DNA of 64,000 nucleotides from Leucoraja ocellata (GCA_036785375.1 JAWMAR010000070.1:7440001-7504000), one strand, 5' to 3'; positions 53,240 to 64,000 are shown, counted from the stretch's first letter. Notes: generated by a model from the sequence alone, not told the origin. Numbers and translations: made by a program.

Positions 53240-55070
53240 CTAGTTTGTACGAGTAACTGCTAGGAAATGTAATGTCCTGCAGATCTATGCTGTAAGTAGA
53301 TTTAATAAACATGTGTTGTATCTTGATATGTGTCCGACTCAGCTCATTACATGATGTCCACCATGTCATGTTTTTTTAATTAGTTTATGTGTCTACTATA
53401 TCCATCATGCCAAATTTTTGTCGCCTTCCTAGTCCTGTGATCTTTGACTCTGACATTGCAAAACTCTGGCGTCTTTTCGAGCATGACTACACTCATTATG
53501 CTGGCATTGTTCATCGCAACGACCCCCCCAATGTGCGTGCTTTTGTGTTGCTCAACTTAGCGGGACCTGAAGCTATGAATCGCGCTGGCAATTTCACATT
53601 TGAGCCTGCTGTTCTGGATGCTAATGGTCAGGTCCTGGCGCCTGCTGAAACGAATGACGACCCTGCTGTCTTTCTTGCAAAGTTCAGATGGTTGTGTGAC
53701 CTGCACTCAAACTATATTATTGAACGGAGGTACACAAAAATGCTGGAGAAACTCAGCGGGTGGCAGCAGCATCTATGGAGCGAAGGAAATAGGCGACGTT
53801 TCGGGCCGAAACCCGGAAGGGTTTCGGCCCGAAACGTTGCCTATTTCTATAAGGGTTCGGGACTCTATGGAGCTGAAGGTCTGTTCGATGTCAAAATTGC
53901 AACTATTTTCTTGCTAGGTGTCAGCAGTTCTGCGTTGCTTATGGTAAAGCCTGTAATTTCTGCAAGGAAGTTAAACCACTTTTCTCGATGCTGCCGTTCC
54001 CGTGTGACTCAAGCAGCATCAAGGATGAGCCTGCACCTGCTGCAACATGAGCTTGTTGATAATGACTTCCAAGAGCTTGATTTGCCATCCCCCGCTCCAC
54101 TCTCAGAAAGTACAGATACCAGTTCTGCAATCCATTCTCCCCTCCCTTCGTCTAACAAGCAACTTGACCCTGAGGTAACCATGTTTGTGACTAACAGGCC
54201 ATTAATCGCTAAGGTTGATACTGGCACAAAATGCAATGTCATCTCGTTAACAGAGTTTTAAAATTCGTTATGCTGCATGTATTGAAAAGGCCTCGGCCAC
54301 GCTTTGGACTTACGGGGGAGATGTTCTACACCCTCTTGGACAAGCTGATTTAAAGTGCCCCATAGACGAGCAGACTCATACCTTAAAGGTTTATGTTGTT
54401 AAGGGGGGATTCAGAGACTTTGCTCAGTATCAACGCAATCCACGATCTAGGCCTGGTATAGTTTGGCTACGCCGTCCATCAACTCTTTCTCGCTGATGGA
54501 CACACTCAACAGGTACTCTCTCAATACAAAGATCTGTTTAATGCCAAGCTTAGCAAATTGCCTATCAAATACCACATTGTTGTCGATCCCAACATAACTC
54601 CTGTGGTCCGAGAACCGCATCATGCTCTGCACGCACATGCGTGACAGAGTACACAATGAACTCAAGCGGATGGTCTCCATGGGTGTTATTGCCGAGGTTA
54701 CTGACACCCATCTGACTGGGTTTCCACAATGGTGGTCGCAACAAAGAAAAACAAAGAGGAGATCCATATCTGCATAAACCCCAGAGACCTTAACTGCCAT
54801 CAAACGGCCACAATACCCAATGCGATTATTAGAGGAAGTTGCTGCTCAGGCAGGCAACACATCAGTATTCTCCATTCTGGATGCCAAGAGCTCGTTTTGG
54901 AAGATTCCACTGGACCCAGACACGTCCAATCTCATTTCATTCGGCACCCCCTTTGGCCGATACAAATTTCTGAGAATGCCCTTTGGCATCAACTCTGCCA
55001 GCGACGTTTTCCAGCGCACGATGGAACAATTGTTTGTTGAGTACCCATGCGCCATCATTGTTGATGACAT
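53240..55070 (+). mobile_element. Duplicate, more deleted copy of the same Gypsy element
   Basis: Collinear with 7780-11040; gag, protease and RT remnants. Confidence 0.8.
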
Positions 55071-55598
55071 TCCCTTTTACTTTTGTTCCTATTCTCAACA
55101 CCTGTGGACTCCATGATTTTCCACATGTTGTTCCGTCCCCGTGTGGTCATGGACAATGTTGGACACAGCTCATAGAAGCCGGCGATGTTGCCCGTAGTGA
55201 GCAAGAGTTGCACAAAGTTCACACCCAACTCAATGCTGGCGTACAAAGAATCACTCACACCGGCTGTCTTCAAGAGAGTTTATTTCCATTAATGATACAT
55301 TTACCGATGGAAGCACGATCTGTCCCATTGCACTACATTTGCCCCATATCCCCCTAAACCTTTCCCTGTACCAAGTGTGTATTAAATATTGTTACAATTC
55401 CCACCCCAGGTAAAAGATGTTTTGTGTTTACCCCTCTATTCCCCTCATGATGAATTAAGTGACTACAATATAGAATGCTGTTGTTGGCCTAAGTATGTGA
55501 AGTTTATAATGATGGATGTTATTGTGTGTTTGTGCTGTCCTGCCACTGCCTGTTGCTGCTGTCACATGGGGGGGCCTGTGCTGGGTCAGTGTGAGGTT

Positions 55599-56114
55599 TC
55601 ACTTCACTGTGAGATTGATAATTAGTCTACATTCCCCTTGGCCAGTGAACCAAGCGCAGGAATACATCCCAATATCAGTCTCTCGTAAACTCGTGATGGC
55701 CAACGAGGCATCCCGTGTCTCACCCACGTTTGTTTCTAGGAACGTCCATCGCCCGGTCCCCCCTGGATAATTGGCACCATTCCCTTCAGTAAACACGGCC
55801 AGTGTCCCGCTCCCTTTACTCCAGGTGACCACAAAATTCTTGGGTCCACCCTTCCCTGTGGGTACTTTACAGGGTAGCGTAGCAGAACCACCCTTGCGTG
55901 TCGATAAATCCGTGTATTTCATCTTGATCGCAGCTGGCCTAACACCGCATTCTGGAGTATCTTGTTTGTTGACTTGTCGAGGCTCCCGTGCGTTCCACCC
56001 GGGCAAGTTTGCTTCCTCTCCCCATTCTCTGGAGATCGGACCTGTTCCAGTTGCGGAGACTTGCCACACCATCTCCACAAGGACCATGAATCCTATCCAT
56101 CTCTGCAGTCCCAT
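55599..56114 (-). CDS. Secreted single Ig-V-domain pro-protein, subfamily B (171 aa)
   Basis: Leader identical in protein to the 12152 copy. V-set motifs intact, 4 Cys. Confidence 0.85.
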   Translation of the reverse strand: MGLQRWIGFMVLVEMVWQVSATGTGPISREWGEEANLPGWNAREPRQVNKQDTPECGVRPAAIKMKYTDLSTRKGGSATLPCKVPTGKGGPKNFVVTWSKGSGTLAVFTEGNGANYPGGTGRWTFLETNVGETRDASLAITSLRETDIGMYSCAWFTGQGECRLIINLTVK

Positions 56115-56376
56115 GTTCCTGTGGGTGAAACAATGGGTCACCTTATTGCAACTCAGTAGGATTCATGATGACATTCCCTGAAGCTGCTGCCACCACACTG
56201 GGCAATGTCACTGTGCAGCTTCTACAGCTCCCGCCTGGTTAGTTTAAGTTGCTTTGACCTGTCGTGGACCAACAACATTGAAGTGGCAGCCAAGGAGGCA
56301 CACCAATACATCTACTTCCTCAGAGACAGAGGAAATACGACAAGTCTCCAATGTCTCTTAGAAACTTCTACAGATG

Positions 56377-56986
56377 GATAATTGGCACTTTTCCCTTCAG
56401 TAAACACGGCTGGCGATGCCTTACCGGGGGTCGCCGTCTGGAGCCCGGAGTGCTGGACCTGCTGCACCGACATCCTGGAGCTGCGGTTTGCGGAGCTCCC
56501 AACGCGGGCGGCGCTGATGGACAACGCGGGGTCCTGTGACTCTGCCCGGCTCGGCCTGTGGAATCGGGAGCTGCAGACTCCGGCAGCGGGAGGCGGCTGA
56601 TCAGGAGGTCCGGGCCGCTGAGGAGGAGGATGCTCACCGTCGGGGTTCGGCGTCGGCGTTCCACCAGCCCGGCGTGAGGGCCTGAACATCGGGCCACCCG
56701 GGGCGGCGACTGTGGGTGCTCGGAAGGCCCCGACCACGGATGAACACGGAGGGGAGGCTGGCTGGACTATGGTGCCATCCTCACATTGGTGCCATTTATG
56801 TTATGTTGTGTCGTGGACTTTCTGTGTTTGTGCTTTTTTTTAATTCAATTTCAATTTTATTTTTAATATGTTTTATTATTTTATTTTTTTTTTATTTTTA
56901 TTTTAATGATACTGCCTGTAAGGGAAATTCATTTCGTTGTCTCAGATTGAGACAATGACAATAAATTTGAATACAATACAATACAA
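56377..56986 (+). mobile_element. Non-LTR retroposon 3' fragment inserted in the intron of the 55599 gene
   Basis: Absent from the paralogous intron near 12930. (aatac)n tail and TSD agatg. Confidence 0.75.
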
Positions 56987-57343
56987 AGATGCACCACAGA
57001 GAGCAGACTGTGGGGTTGCATCACAGCTTGGTTTGGGAACAGCTCTGAGCCCAAGATCACAAGATATTGCAGAGTTGTGGATGGAGCCCAGTCCATCACA
57101 CAGACCACACTCCCCACCAGTGACTCCATCTACAACCAAAAAAATCAAAGACTTGTCCCACCCCGGTCATTCCTCCTTCTCCCTGGTCCTGTCTAGCAGA
57201 CGGTACAGAAGCTTGAAAGCGCGCACCACCAGACTCAGGAACAGCTTCTTCCCCTCTGCTATCAGGCTTCTGAACTGGGGGAACAGTGAACAGAGACAAT
57301 CCCACCCCCATCACTCACAGACACTTGAAGGATCCACAGGGTT

Positions 57344-57660
57344 GGTTACCAGCTCCGGAGTCTCCACACAGGGTGACGGGGTTGGTCTTGTTCTCATCTC
57401 CTGCCATCGCTCGCTCCTTTTATACCGACTCCCGGCTTCTCCTGCCCCTCATTGTCTGCCCTCACGTACATTCAACCAATCACTGCCTCCCACGGAGCAT
57501 TGGCCGGAGTCAGCCGCGACCTCTCCACCCTCTGCCAAACGTGTCGTTGCATCAGCCGTTAACGTTTAACAAGAACAACGTCATCCCAGCAGCCAGTGGC
57601 CAACCAGGCGCCCCACACATCCTGCTTGTGTCTCCACCACGTCTCGTTCTGGTCAACCCA
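57344..57660 (-). promoter_or_regulatory. Family promoter and exon 1 (for the 55599 copy)
   Basis: TATA 57418-57424, ERSE 57476-57494. The upstream TGACGTGG segment is absent in this copy. Confidence 0.7.
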
Positions 57661-59483
57661 TCGGACCAGATGTCCCAGAGAAGAACATTTTCCAGAGGTG
57701 CCCTGGTACCACCAGTGTGACATTCATTGTATCTGCTGCAGTCAATGAGTGTGTTGTGTAGACAACCAGAGGAGAAGATGGGATTTATGTGGAGTTTCAT
57801 TTTGTAATCATTATTTATTTAATGTCATAGTGTAATAGAGTCATAGAGTGATACAGTGTGGACACAGGCCCTTCGGCCTTTTTGACCACCGTATCTACCT
57901 GCAACTGCATCTTCAAGGAACCATCTACCTTCACTCATAGATCCCTCTGCTCCACAACATTCCCCAGAGCCGGACTATTCACTGTGTAGGTCCTGCACAT
58001 GTTAGAAACATAGAAACATAGAAACTAGGTGCAGTAGTAGGCCATTCGGCCCTTCGAGCCTGCACCGCCATTCAATATGATCATGGCTGATCATCCAACT
58101 CAGTATCCCGTACCTGCCTTCTCTCCATACCCTCTGATCCCCTTAGCCACAAGGGCCACATCTAACTCCCTCTTCAATATAGCCATTGAACTGGCCTCGA
58201 CTACCCTCTGGTTCCCCTCTCCCCAAGATTCCCCAAAACACAACACCTCACATTACTCTGTATTAAATTCCATCAACCTTCCATCACACAGGGAGTGGTG
58301 AATCTCTGGAACTCTCTGCCACAGAGGGTAGTTGAGGCCAGTTCATTGGCTATATTTAAGAGGGAGTTAGATGTGGCCCTTGTGGCTAAGGGGATCAGGG
58401 GGTATGGAGAGAAGGCAGGTACGGGATACTGAGTTGGATGATCAGCCATGATCATATTGAATGGCGGTGCAGGCTCGAAGGGCCGAATGGCCTACTCCTG
58501 CACCTAATTTCTATGTTTCTATGTAACCGTTCCTCAGCCCAACTGGCCAATATTTCAGGATCCTGCTGCAATTTTTCACAACCATCTCCACTATCTGCAA
58601 AACCGCCTACTTTTGTGTCATAGAAACATAGAAAATAGGTGCAGGAGTAGGCCATTCGGCCCTTCGAGCCTGCACCGCCATTCAATATGATCATGCATGA
58701 TCATCCAACTCAGTATCCCGTACCTGCCTTCTCTCCATACCCCCTGATCCCTTTATCCACAAGGGCCACATCTAACTCCCTCTTAAATATAGTCATCTGC
58801 CTTTACTTTTGTCCCTGTTTTGTTCCTGACAACATTCCCCGTTATTTTTGTTCCTGTTCTCAACATCTGCGGACTCCATGATTTTCCACATGTTGTTCCG
58901 TCCCCGTGTGGTCATGGGCAATGTTGGACACAGCTCATAGAAGCCGGCGATGTTGCCCGTAGTGAGCAAGAGTTGCACAAAGTTCACACCCAACTCAATG
59001 CTGGCGTACAAAGAATCACTCACACCGGCTGTCTTCAAGAGAGTTTATTTCCATTAATGATACATTTACCAATGCAAGCACGATCTGTCCCATTGCACTA
59101 CATTTGCCCCATATCCCCCTAAACCTTTCCCTGTCCCAAGTGTGTATTAAATATTGTTACAATTCCCACCCCACCAGACAGTTCTATAAACCCACCGCCC
59201 CCTGAGTGAAAATGTTGCCCTTCAGGTTCCTATTAAATCTTGCCCCTCTAACCTTAAACTTATGTCCCCCTGGTTCTTGATTCCCGTACCCCAGGTAAAA
59301 TATGTTTTGTGTTCACCCCTCTATTCCCCTCATGATCAATTAAGTGACTACAATATAGAATGCTGTTGTTGGCCTAAGTGTGTGAAGTTTATAATGATGG
59401 ATGTTATTGTGTGTTTGTGCTGTCCTGCCACTGCCTGTTGCTTCTGTCACATGGGGGGGCCTGTGCTGGGTCAGTGTGAGGTT

Positions 59484-59999
59484 TCACTTCACTGTCAGCT
59501 TGATATTTTGTCTACATTCCCCTTGGCCAGTGATCCAAGTGCAGGAATACATCCCAATATCAGCCTCTTGTAAACCCGTGATGACCAATGTGGCATCCCG
59601 TTTCACATCCACTTTTGTTTCCTTGAACGTCCAGCGGCCGGGAGCCCCTGGATAGGTCGCACCTTTCCCTTTAGTAAACACGGCCAATGTCCTCTTCCCT
59701 TTACTCCAGGTGACCTCAAAACTCTTGGGTCCACCCTTCCCTGTGGGTACTTTACAGGGTAGCGTAGCAGAACCACCCTTGCTTGCCGTCACATCCGTGA
59801 ATTTCATCTTGGTCGCAGCTGGCCTAACACCGCATTCTGGAGAACTTTGTTTGTTGACTTGCCGAGGCTCCCGTGCGTTCCGCCCGGCCAAGTTTGCTTC
59901 CTCTCCCCATTCTCTGGAGATCGGACCTGTTCCAGTTGCGGAGACTTGCCACGCCATCTCCACAAGGACCATGAATCCTATCCATCTCTGCAGTCCCAT
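59484..59999 (-). CDS. Secreted single Ig-V-domain pro-protein, subfamily B (171 aa)
   Basis: Leader with EMAWQ and LAGRNAREPR|Q. V-set motifs intact. Confidence 0.85.
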   Translation of the reverse strand: MGLQRWIGFMVLVEMAWQVSATGTGPISREWGEEANLAGRNAREPRQVNKQSSPECGVRPAATKMKFTDVTASKGGSATLPCKVPTGKGGPKSFEVTWSKGKRTLAVFTKGKGATYPGAPGRWTFKETKVDVKRDATLVITGLQEADIGMYSCTWITGQGECRQNIKLTVK

Positions 60000-60573
60000 G
60001 TTCCTGTGGGTGAAACAATGGGTCACCTTATTGCAACTCAGTAGGATTCATGATGGCATTCCCTGAACCCGCCCAGAGTTGGGGAATCGAGAACCAGAGG
60101 ACATCGGTTTAAGGCGAGGGGGGGGGAAAGATTTCATGGGAAACTGAGGGGTGACTTTTTTACACAAAGGGTGGAGGGTGTTTGGAACGAGCTGCCGGAA
60201 GAGGTAGTTGGGGCAGGTACTATCACAATGATTAAGAATCAGTTAGACAGGTACATTGATAGGACAGGATTAGAGGGGTAAGGGCCAAACGCAGGCAGGT
60301 GGGTCTAGTATTGATGGGGACACGTTGGTGGGTGCGGGCAAGTTGGGCCGAAGGTCTCGCTGTGACTCTATGACTCCATCACTTGTCCCACCCCGGTCAT
60401 TCCTCCTTCTCCCTGGTCCTGTCTAGCAGAAGGTACAGAAGCTTGAAAGCGCGCACCACCAGACTCAGGAACAGCTTCTTCCCCTCTGCTATCAGGCTTC
60501 TGAACTGGGGGAACAGTGAACAGAGACAATCCCACCCCCATCACTCACAGACACTTGAAGGATCCACAGGGTT

Positions 60574-60922
60574 GGTTACCAGCTCCGGAGTCTCCACACA
60601 GGGTGACGGGGTCGGTCTTGTTCTCATCTCCTGCCATCGCTCGCTCCTTTTATACCGACTCCCGGCTTCTCCTGCCCCTCATTGTCTGCCCTCACGTACA
60701 TTCAACCAATCACTGCCTCCCACGGAGCATTGGCCGGAGTCAGCCGCGACCTCTCCACCCTCTGCCAAACGTGTCGTTGCATCAGCCGTTAACGTTTAAC
60801 AAGAACAACGTCATCCCAGCTGCCAGCGGCCAACCAGGCGCCCCACACATCCTGCTTGTGTCTCCACCACGTCTCGCTTTGGCCACCCATCGGACCAGAT
60901 GTCCCAGCCACGCCACGTCACC
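60574..60922 (-). promoter_or_regulatory. Family promoter and exon 1 (for the 59484 copy)
   Basis: TATA 60648-60654, ERSE 60706-60724, TGACGTGG 60913-60920 (rc). Confidence 0.7.
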
Positions 60923-61905
60923 ACCACAGCCCTTGGCACCTGCGCTGGTTCCACAGTTTATACTCAATCTGAGCCGGCAGCTGGGATGGCGTTGGATCAA
61001 TTCTTCCTTCCCAACAACCATCAGGCTGTTGAACACGACACGACACTGAGGTCAACGATGAACGTCTATGGAATGTCCAAGGTTGCACTAATGCCCCTGT
61101 CCCACTTAGGAAACCTGAACGGAAACCTCTGGAGACTTTGCGCCCCACCCAAGGTTTCCGTGCGGTTCCCGGAGGTTTTCGCCAGTCTCCCTACCTGCTT
61201 CCACTACCTGCAACCTCCGGCAACCACCTGCAACCTCCAGGAACCTTCGGGATGAAACGTTGCCTATTTCCTTTGTTCCATAGATGCTGCTGCACCCGCT
61301 GAGTTTCTCCAGCATTTTTGTGTACCTTCGATTTTCCAGTATCTGCAGTTTCTACTTAAACATCAAATAGAACAAGTTGTCCTACAACTTTAGGCTGTGC
61401 ACGCCACATGAAAGAAGAAGTTGACATGTCAGTCCCGCCATCCCGGGTATTAACCTGGTGAACCTACGTTGCACTCCCTCAATAGCAAGTTATATGGACA
61501 GGTTGGATAATCATGGATTGGTTTCTCTAGAACTTCAGATGTTGAGCGGAGACCTGACAGAAGGTAATAAAATTCTCAAGGGGTGGACAGGCTAGATGCA
61601 GGAACGTTGTTCCCGATGTTGGGGAAGTCCAGGACAAGGGGTCACAGTTTAAGGACAAGGGGGAAATCTTTTAGGACTGAGATGAGAAAAACATTTTTCA
61701 CACAGAGAGTGGTGAATCTGTGGAATTTTACTTCGGAGTCACGTGAGTGACTACGTGAAGAACCCACCCAGTGCGCAGGCGCGACATTACGTCAGCAGCG
61801 CAACAGCGGCAGCAGCTGGAGCCAGGCTCTCCAGCGGCAGGATAAAGACAAGACCTCAGGTAAGTGAGTCTTTTGTATTACAGAGAGTCGCTAACGGAGA
61901 AAGCT

Positions 61906-63132
61906 ATGGCTACCCGAAAGCGACCAACAAGGAGGACTGCCTGCCCAACTCCACCCGAGGAGGGGTCAATATCTGGGCGGCAGCCACCAGCGGCGGAGGA
62001 GCTGTTTGAACGCTCCCGCACACCCGACGCCGAGCCGCTCCCTGTGCCGCCGATTGCGACGCCCCGCACAGGGAGAAAATCAACCCGAAAAACAGACCGG
62101 CCGGTGACCTCCGACTCGTCGGAGGAACGGGTACACTCTCCACCGGCGAAACGGGGAGACGGCCGCTTAAGCTGCATAAGGCAGCTGCTCGAGCAGATGC
62201 TCGACGAGGAGATGCAGGCAAGGCATCTCCAAGGAGGACGGGCTTTGGCCTCCTCCAAACCATCACCACACCCTTCTGTTCCCTCTTTGTTTGAGGTCAG
62301 TAAGGGAGGCCAGGACTGGGCTGGCCTATCACAAGGGCAGGCGGACGACAGCGCAAGCATGCCAGGCGAGCTGGAGGAAGAAGAGCTACTGGGTGTAGTC
62401 AGCAGGTATGCGGCGCCCCCGAGGACCGGAATGATGCTAGCGCCAAGAATGGCGGCCAGTATCAACAGGCTCTCCAATAAGCCATTGCAAGAGAAAATCT
62501 TACAAGAGGCCCTTGACACTTACACAGCGCCGGAAAACTGCGAAGCGCTTCGAGTAAAGACCGTAAACGGCCAGATATGGAGCCAGCTGGGGCAGCATAT
62601 CAGGACACAAGAGCTGAAGATGCAGCGTATCCTGAAGCTCCACACCGCAGCCATTACCGCCTTTGCTCGGTCCACGGGGAACGAGGAGCTCTCTACACCT
62701 CAGCAGGACGTGCTGGCCCTAATGTGTAACACGCAGTATGAGCTCAACAATTTAAGGCGTGAAAACATCAGGCCTGCCCTCAACCCCAAATACGCGGGCC
62801 TTTGCAAAGCTCCGGCGCCAGAAAAGGAGGCGCTACTATTCGGGGCCGACTTGGCGAAAAGGCTCAAGGAGCTGGAAGAGGCGGCCAAGCCTGTAGGCCT
62901 CATGAGGGCAGGGCCAGGACCGAGCAGGGTGAAGACACCCAGTTGGCAGCACGCCTCGGCATCCACCAGCAGGTACCAAGCTGGTGAAAGCCTGGTGACC
63001 ACTTCCCACTACCCCCAGAGCTCTTTTTTAGAGCGGGGCCCAGAGCGGAGCCGTGGGAAGATACGCCGCCCCACCACAGCACCAACAAGGACACCCTCGG
63101 GCCAAACCCATCGCAAACGCTCCCAGAAATGA
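61906..63132 (+). CDS. DIRS ORF1 (gag-like)
   Basis: Long open frame MATRKRP...LLFGADL whose stop overlaps the RT start (ATGA). Confidence 0.7.
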   Translation: MATRKRPTRRTACPTPPEEGSISGRQPPAAEELFERSRTPDAEPLPVPPIATPRTGRKSTRKTDRPVTSDSSEERVHSPPAKRGDGRLSCIRQLLEQMLDEEMQARHLQGGRALASSKPSPHPSVPSLFEVSKGGQDWAGLSQGQADDSASMPGELEEEELLGVVSRYAAPPRTGMMLAPRMAASINRLSNKPLQEKILQEALDTYTAPENCEALRVKTVNGQIWSQLGQHIRTQELKMQRILKLHTAAITAFARSTGNEELSTPQQDVLALMCNTQYELNNLRRENIRPALNPKYAGLCKAPAPEKEALLFGADLAKRLKELEEAAKPVGLMRAGPGPSRVKTPSWQHASASTSRYQAGESLVTTSHYPQSSFLERGPERSRGKIRRPTTAPTRTPSGQTHRKRSQK

Positions 63133-64000
63133 ACATGGAGGTAGGTGGGTCTGGTTCCTGTCAACATACGCAGACAAAGGGTGTTGTATTAACAGGAGGA
63201 CGTTTAAGGTTCTTCAAACATGTTTGGTGCTCCTTTACTAACAACAAGTTCATACTCAACAGTATCAGTGGATACAAAATTGAATTTAAACCAGGCATAG
63301 AACCGCCGGTTCAGCACATACCCCAAAGGGTATTCCTTCCCACACAATTAGAGAAGGTAGAAGGACAAGCTGAACTAGATAGGCTCGTGTCCAAAGGCGT
63401 CATTGAGAGGGCAAGACACGAGCCATTGGAATTTGTATCGAATATATTCATCAAAACCAAAAAAGATGGTGGATGTCGCATTATTATTGATTTGACATCA
63501 CTAAATCAGTCTGTTGAGTATCAACATTTCAAAATGGAGACATTTGTTACTGCCAGACAACTGATCTCCAAGGGATACTTCATGGCAAGCATAGATATTA
63601 AGGATGCTTACTATTTAGTACCCATTCATAAGGATCATTTCAGATATCTGAAATTTATCTGGATGGGGCAACTATGGCAGTATAGAGCATTACCCAATGG
63701 GTTAACGACAGCTCCCAGATTATTTACAAAAATTCTCAAAGTGGCCATGAAAAAATTAAGAGAACAAAAACATTTAGTCATGGCCTATCTGGATGATGTT
63801 CTCATATTGGGGAGAACAAGGGAACTAGCTGTCGCAGGAGTCTTAGCTACTAAACAACTCCTTGAAACATTGGGATTTGTTCTACACCCAGATAAATCAA
63901 TATTGAAGCTAACAACTAACATGGACTATCTAGGCTTCACTATCGACACTATCCGTATGACTGTCATTCTGCCAAGAGACAAAAAGGCTGCATTAGCAGA
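63129..64000 (+). CDS. DIRS ORF2 reverse transcriptase (runs off window)
   Basis: GGRLRFF..W, SGYKIEF, KKDGGCRIIIDL, HFKME, SIDIKDAY, LPNGLTTAPRLFTK, AYLDD. Open to the window end. Confidence 0.88.
   Translation, partial: MNMEVGGSGSCQHTQTKGVVLTGGRLRFFKHVWCSFTNNKFILNSISGYKIEFKPGIEPPVQHIPQRVFLPTQLEKVEGQAELDRLVSKGVIERARHEPLEFVSNIFIKTKKDGGCRIIIDLTSLNQSVEYQHFKMETFVTARQLISKGYFMASIDIKDAYYLVPIHKDHFRYLKFIWMGQLWQYRALPNGLTTAPRLFTKILKVAMKKLREQKHLVMAYLDDVLILGRTRELAVAGVLATKQLLETLGFVLHPDKSILKLTTNMDYLGFTIDTIRMTVILPRDKKAALA

Larger units (their letters stand above)
46499..57660 (+). repeat. Higher-order duplicate of window 1-13630 (A gene, C pseudogene, Gypsy, B gene)
   Basis: Collinear, near-identical sequence including the shared frameshift in C and the shared Gypsy insertion. 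Confidence 0.85.
57678..61726 (+). repeat. Duplicate of about 27255-31430 (B-gene unit)
   Basis: Collinear flanks, B gene, intron, promoter and upstream repeats. Confidence 0.85.
61727..64000 (+). mobile_element. DIRS-type (tyrosine recombinase) retrotransposon, 5' part
   Basis: T-rich terminus interrupting a CR1 fragment, then a gag-like ORF1 and a DIRS1-type RT. Confidence 0.85.

Noticed and set aside
55584-55611. RSS-like CACAGTG-12 nt-ACACTGACC at the 3' end of the 55599 gene (minus strand)
   Set aside because: It overlaps the last codons and stop, and the nonamer lacks the A-tract. The other B copies have GACAGTG, losing the essential CAC. No J segments are present, so V(D)J rearrangement is unsupported.

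Overview
Repeat-rich vertebrate genomic DNA. The repeat complement (CR1-type LINEs, tRNA-derived SINEs, Rex/Babar LINE, Gypsy, class I ERV, DIRS, palindromic Penelope-like repeats) points to a cartilaginous fish, probably a skate or ray (inference). Among the repeats is a tandem and inverted array of 10 copies (7 intact, 1 cut by the window edge, 2 frameshifted) of a small gene I do not recognise. Each copy has a TATA promoter containing a perfect ERSE (CCAAT-N9-CCACG), a short putative non-coding exon and a GT-AG intron. One coding exon then encodes a near-invariant signal peptide and propeptide ending in an RxxR site, followed by a single Ig V-type domain with 4 Cys and no transmembrane segment or RSS. 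Three subfamilies (A, B, C) share the 5' cassette, and A and B share a poly(A) module. The mature Ig domains diverge far faster than the flanking non-coding DNA, and in subfamily A the changes cluster in CDR-equivalent loops. This looks like a germline-diversified, rapidly evolving family of secreted single-V-domain pro-proteins, possibly under UPR or secretory-cell control.
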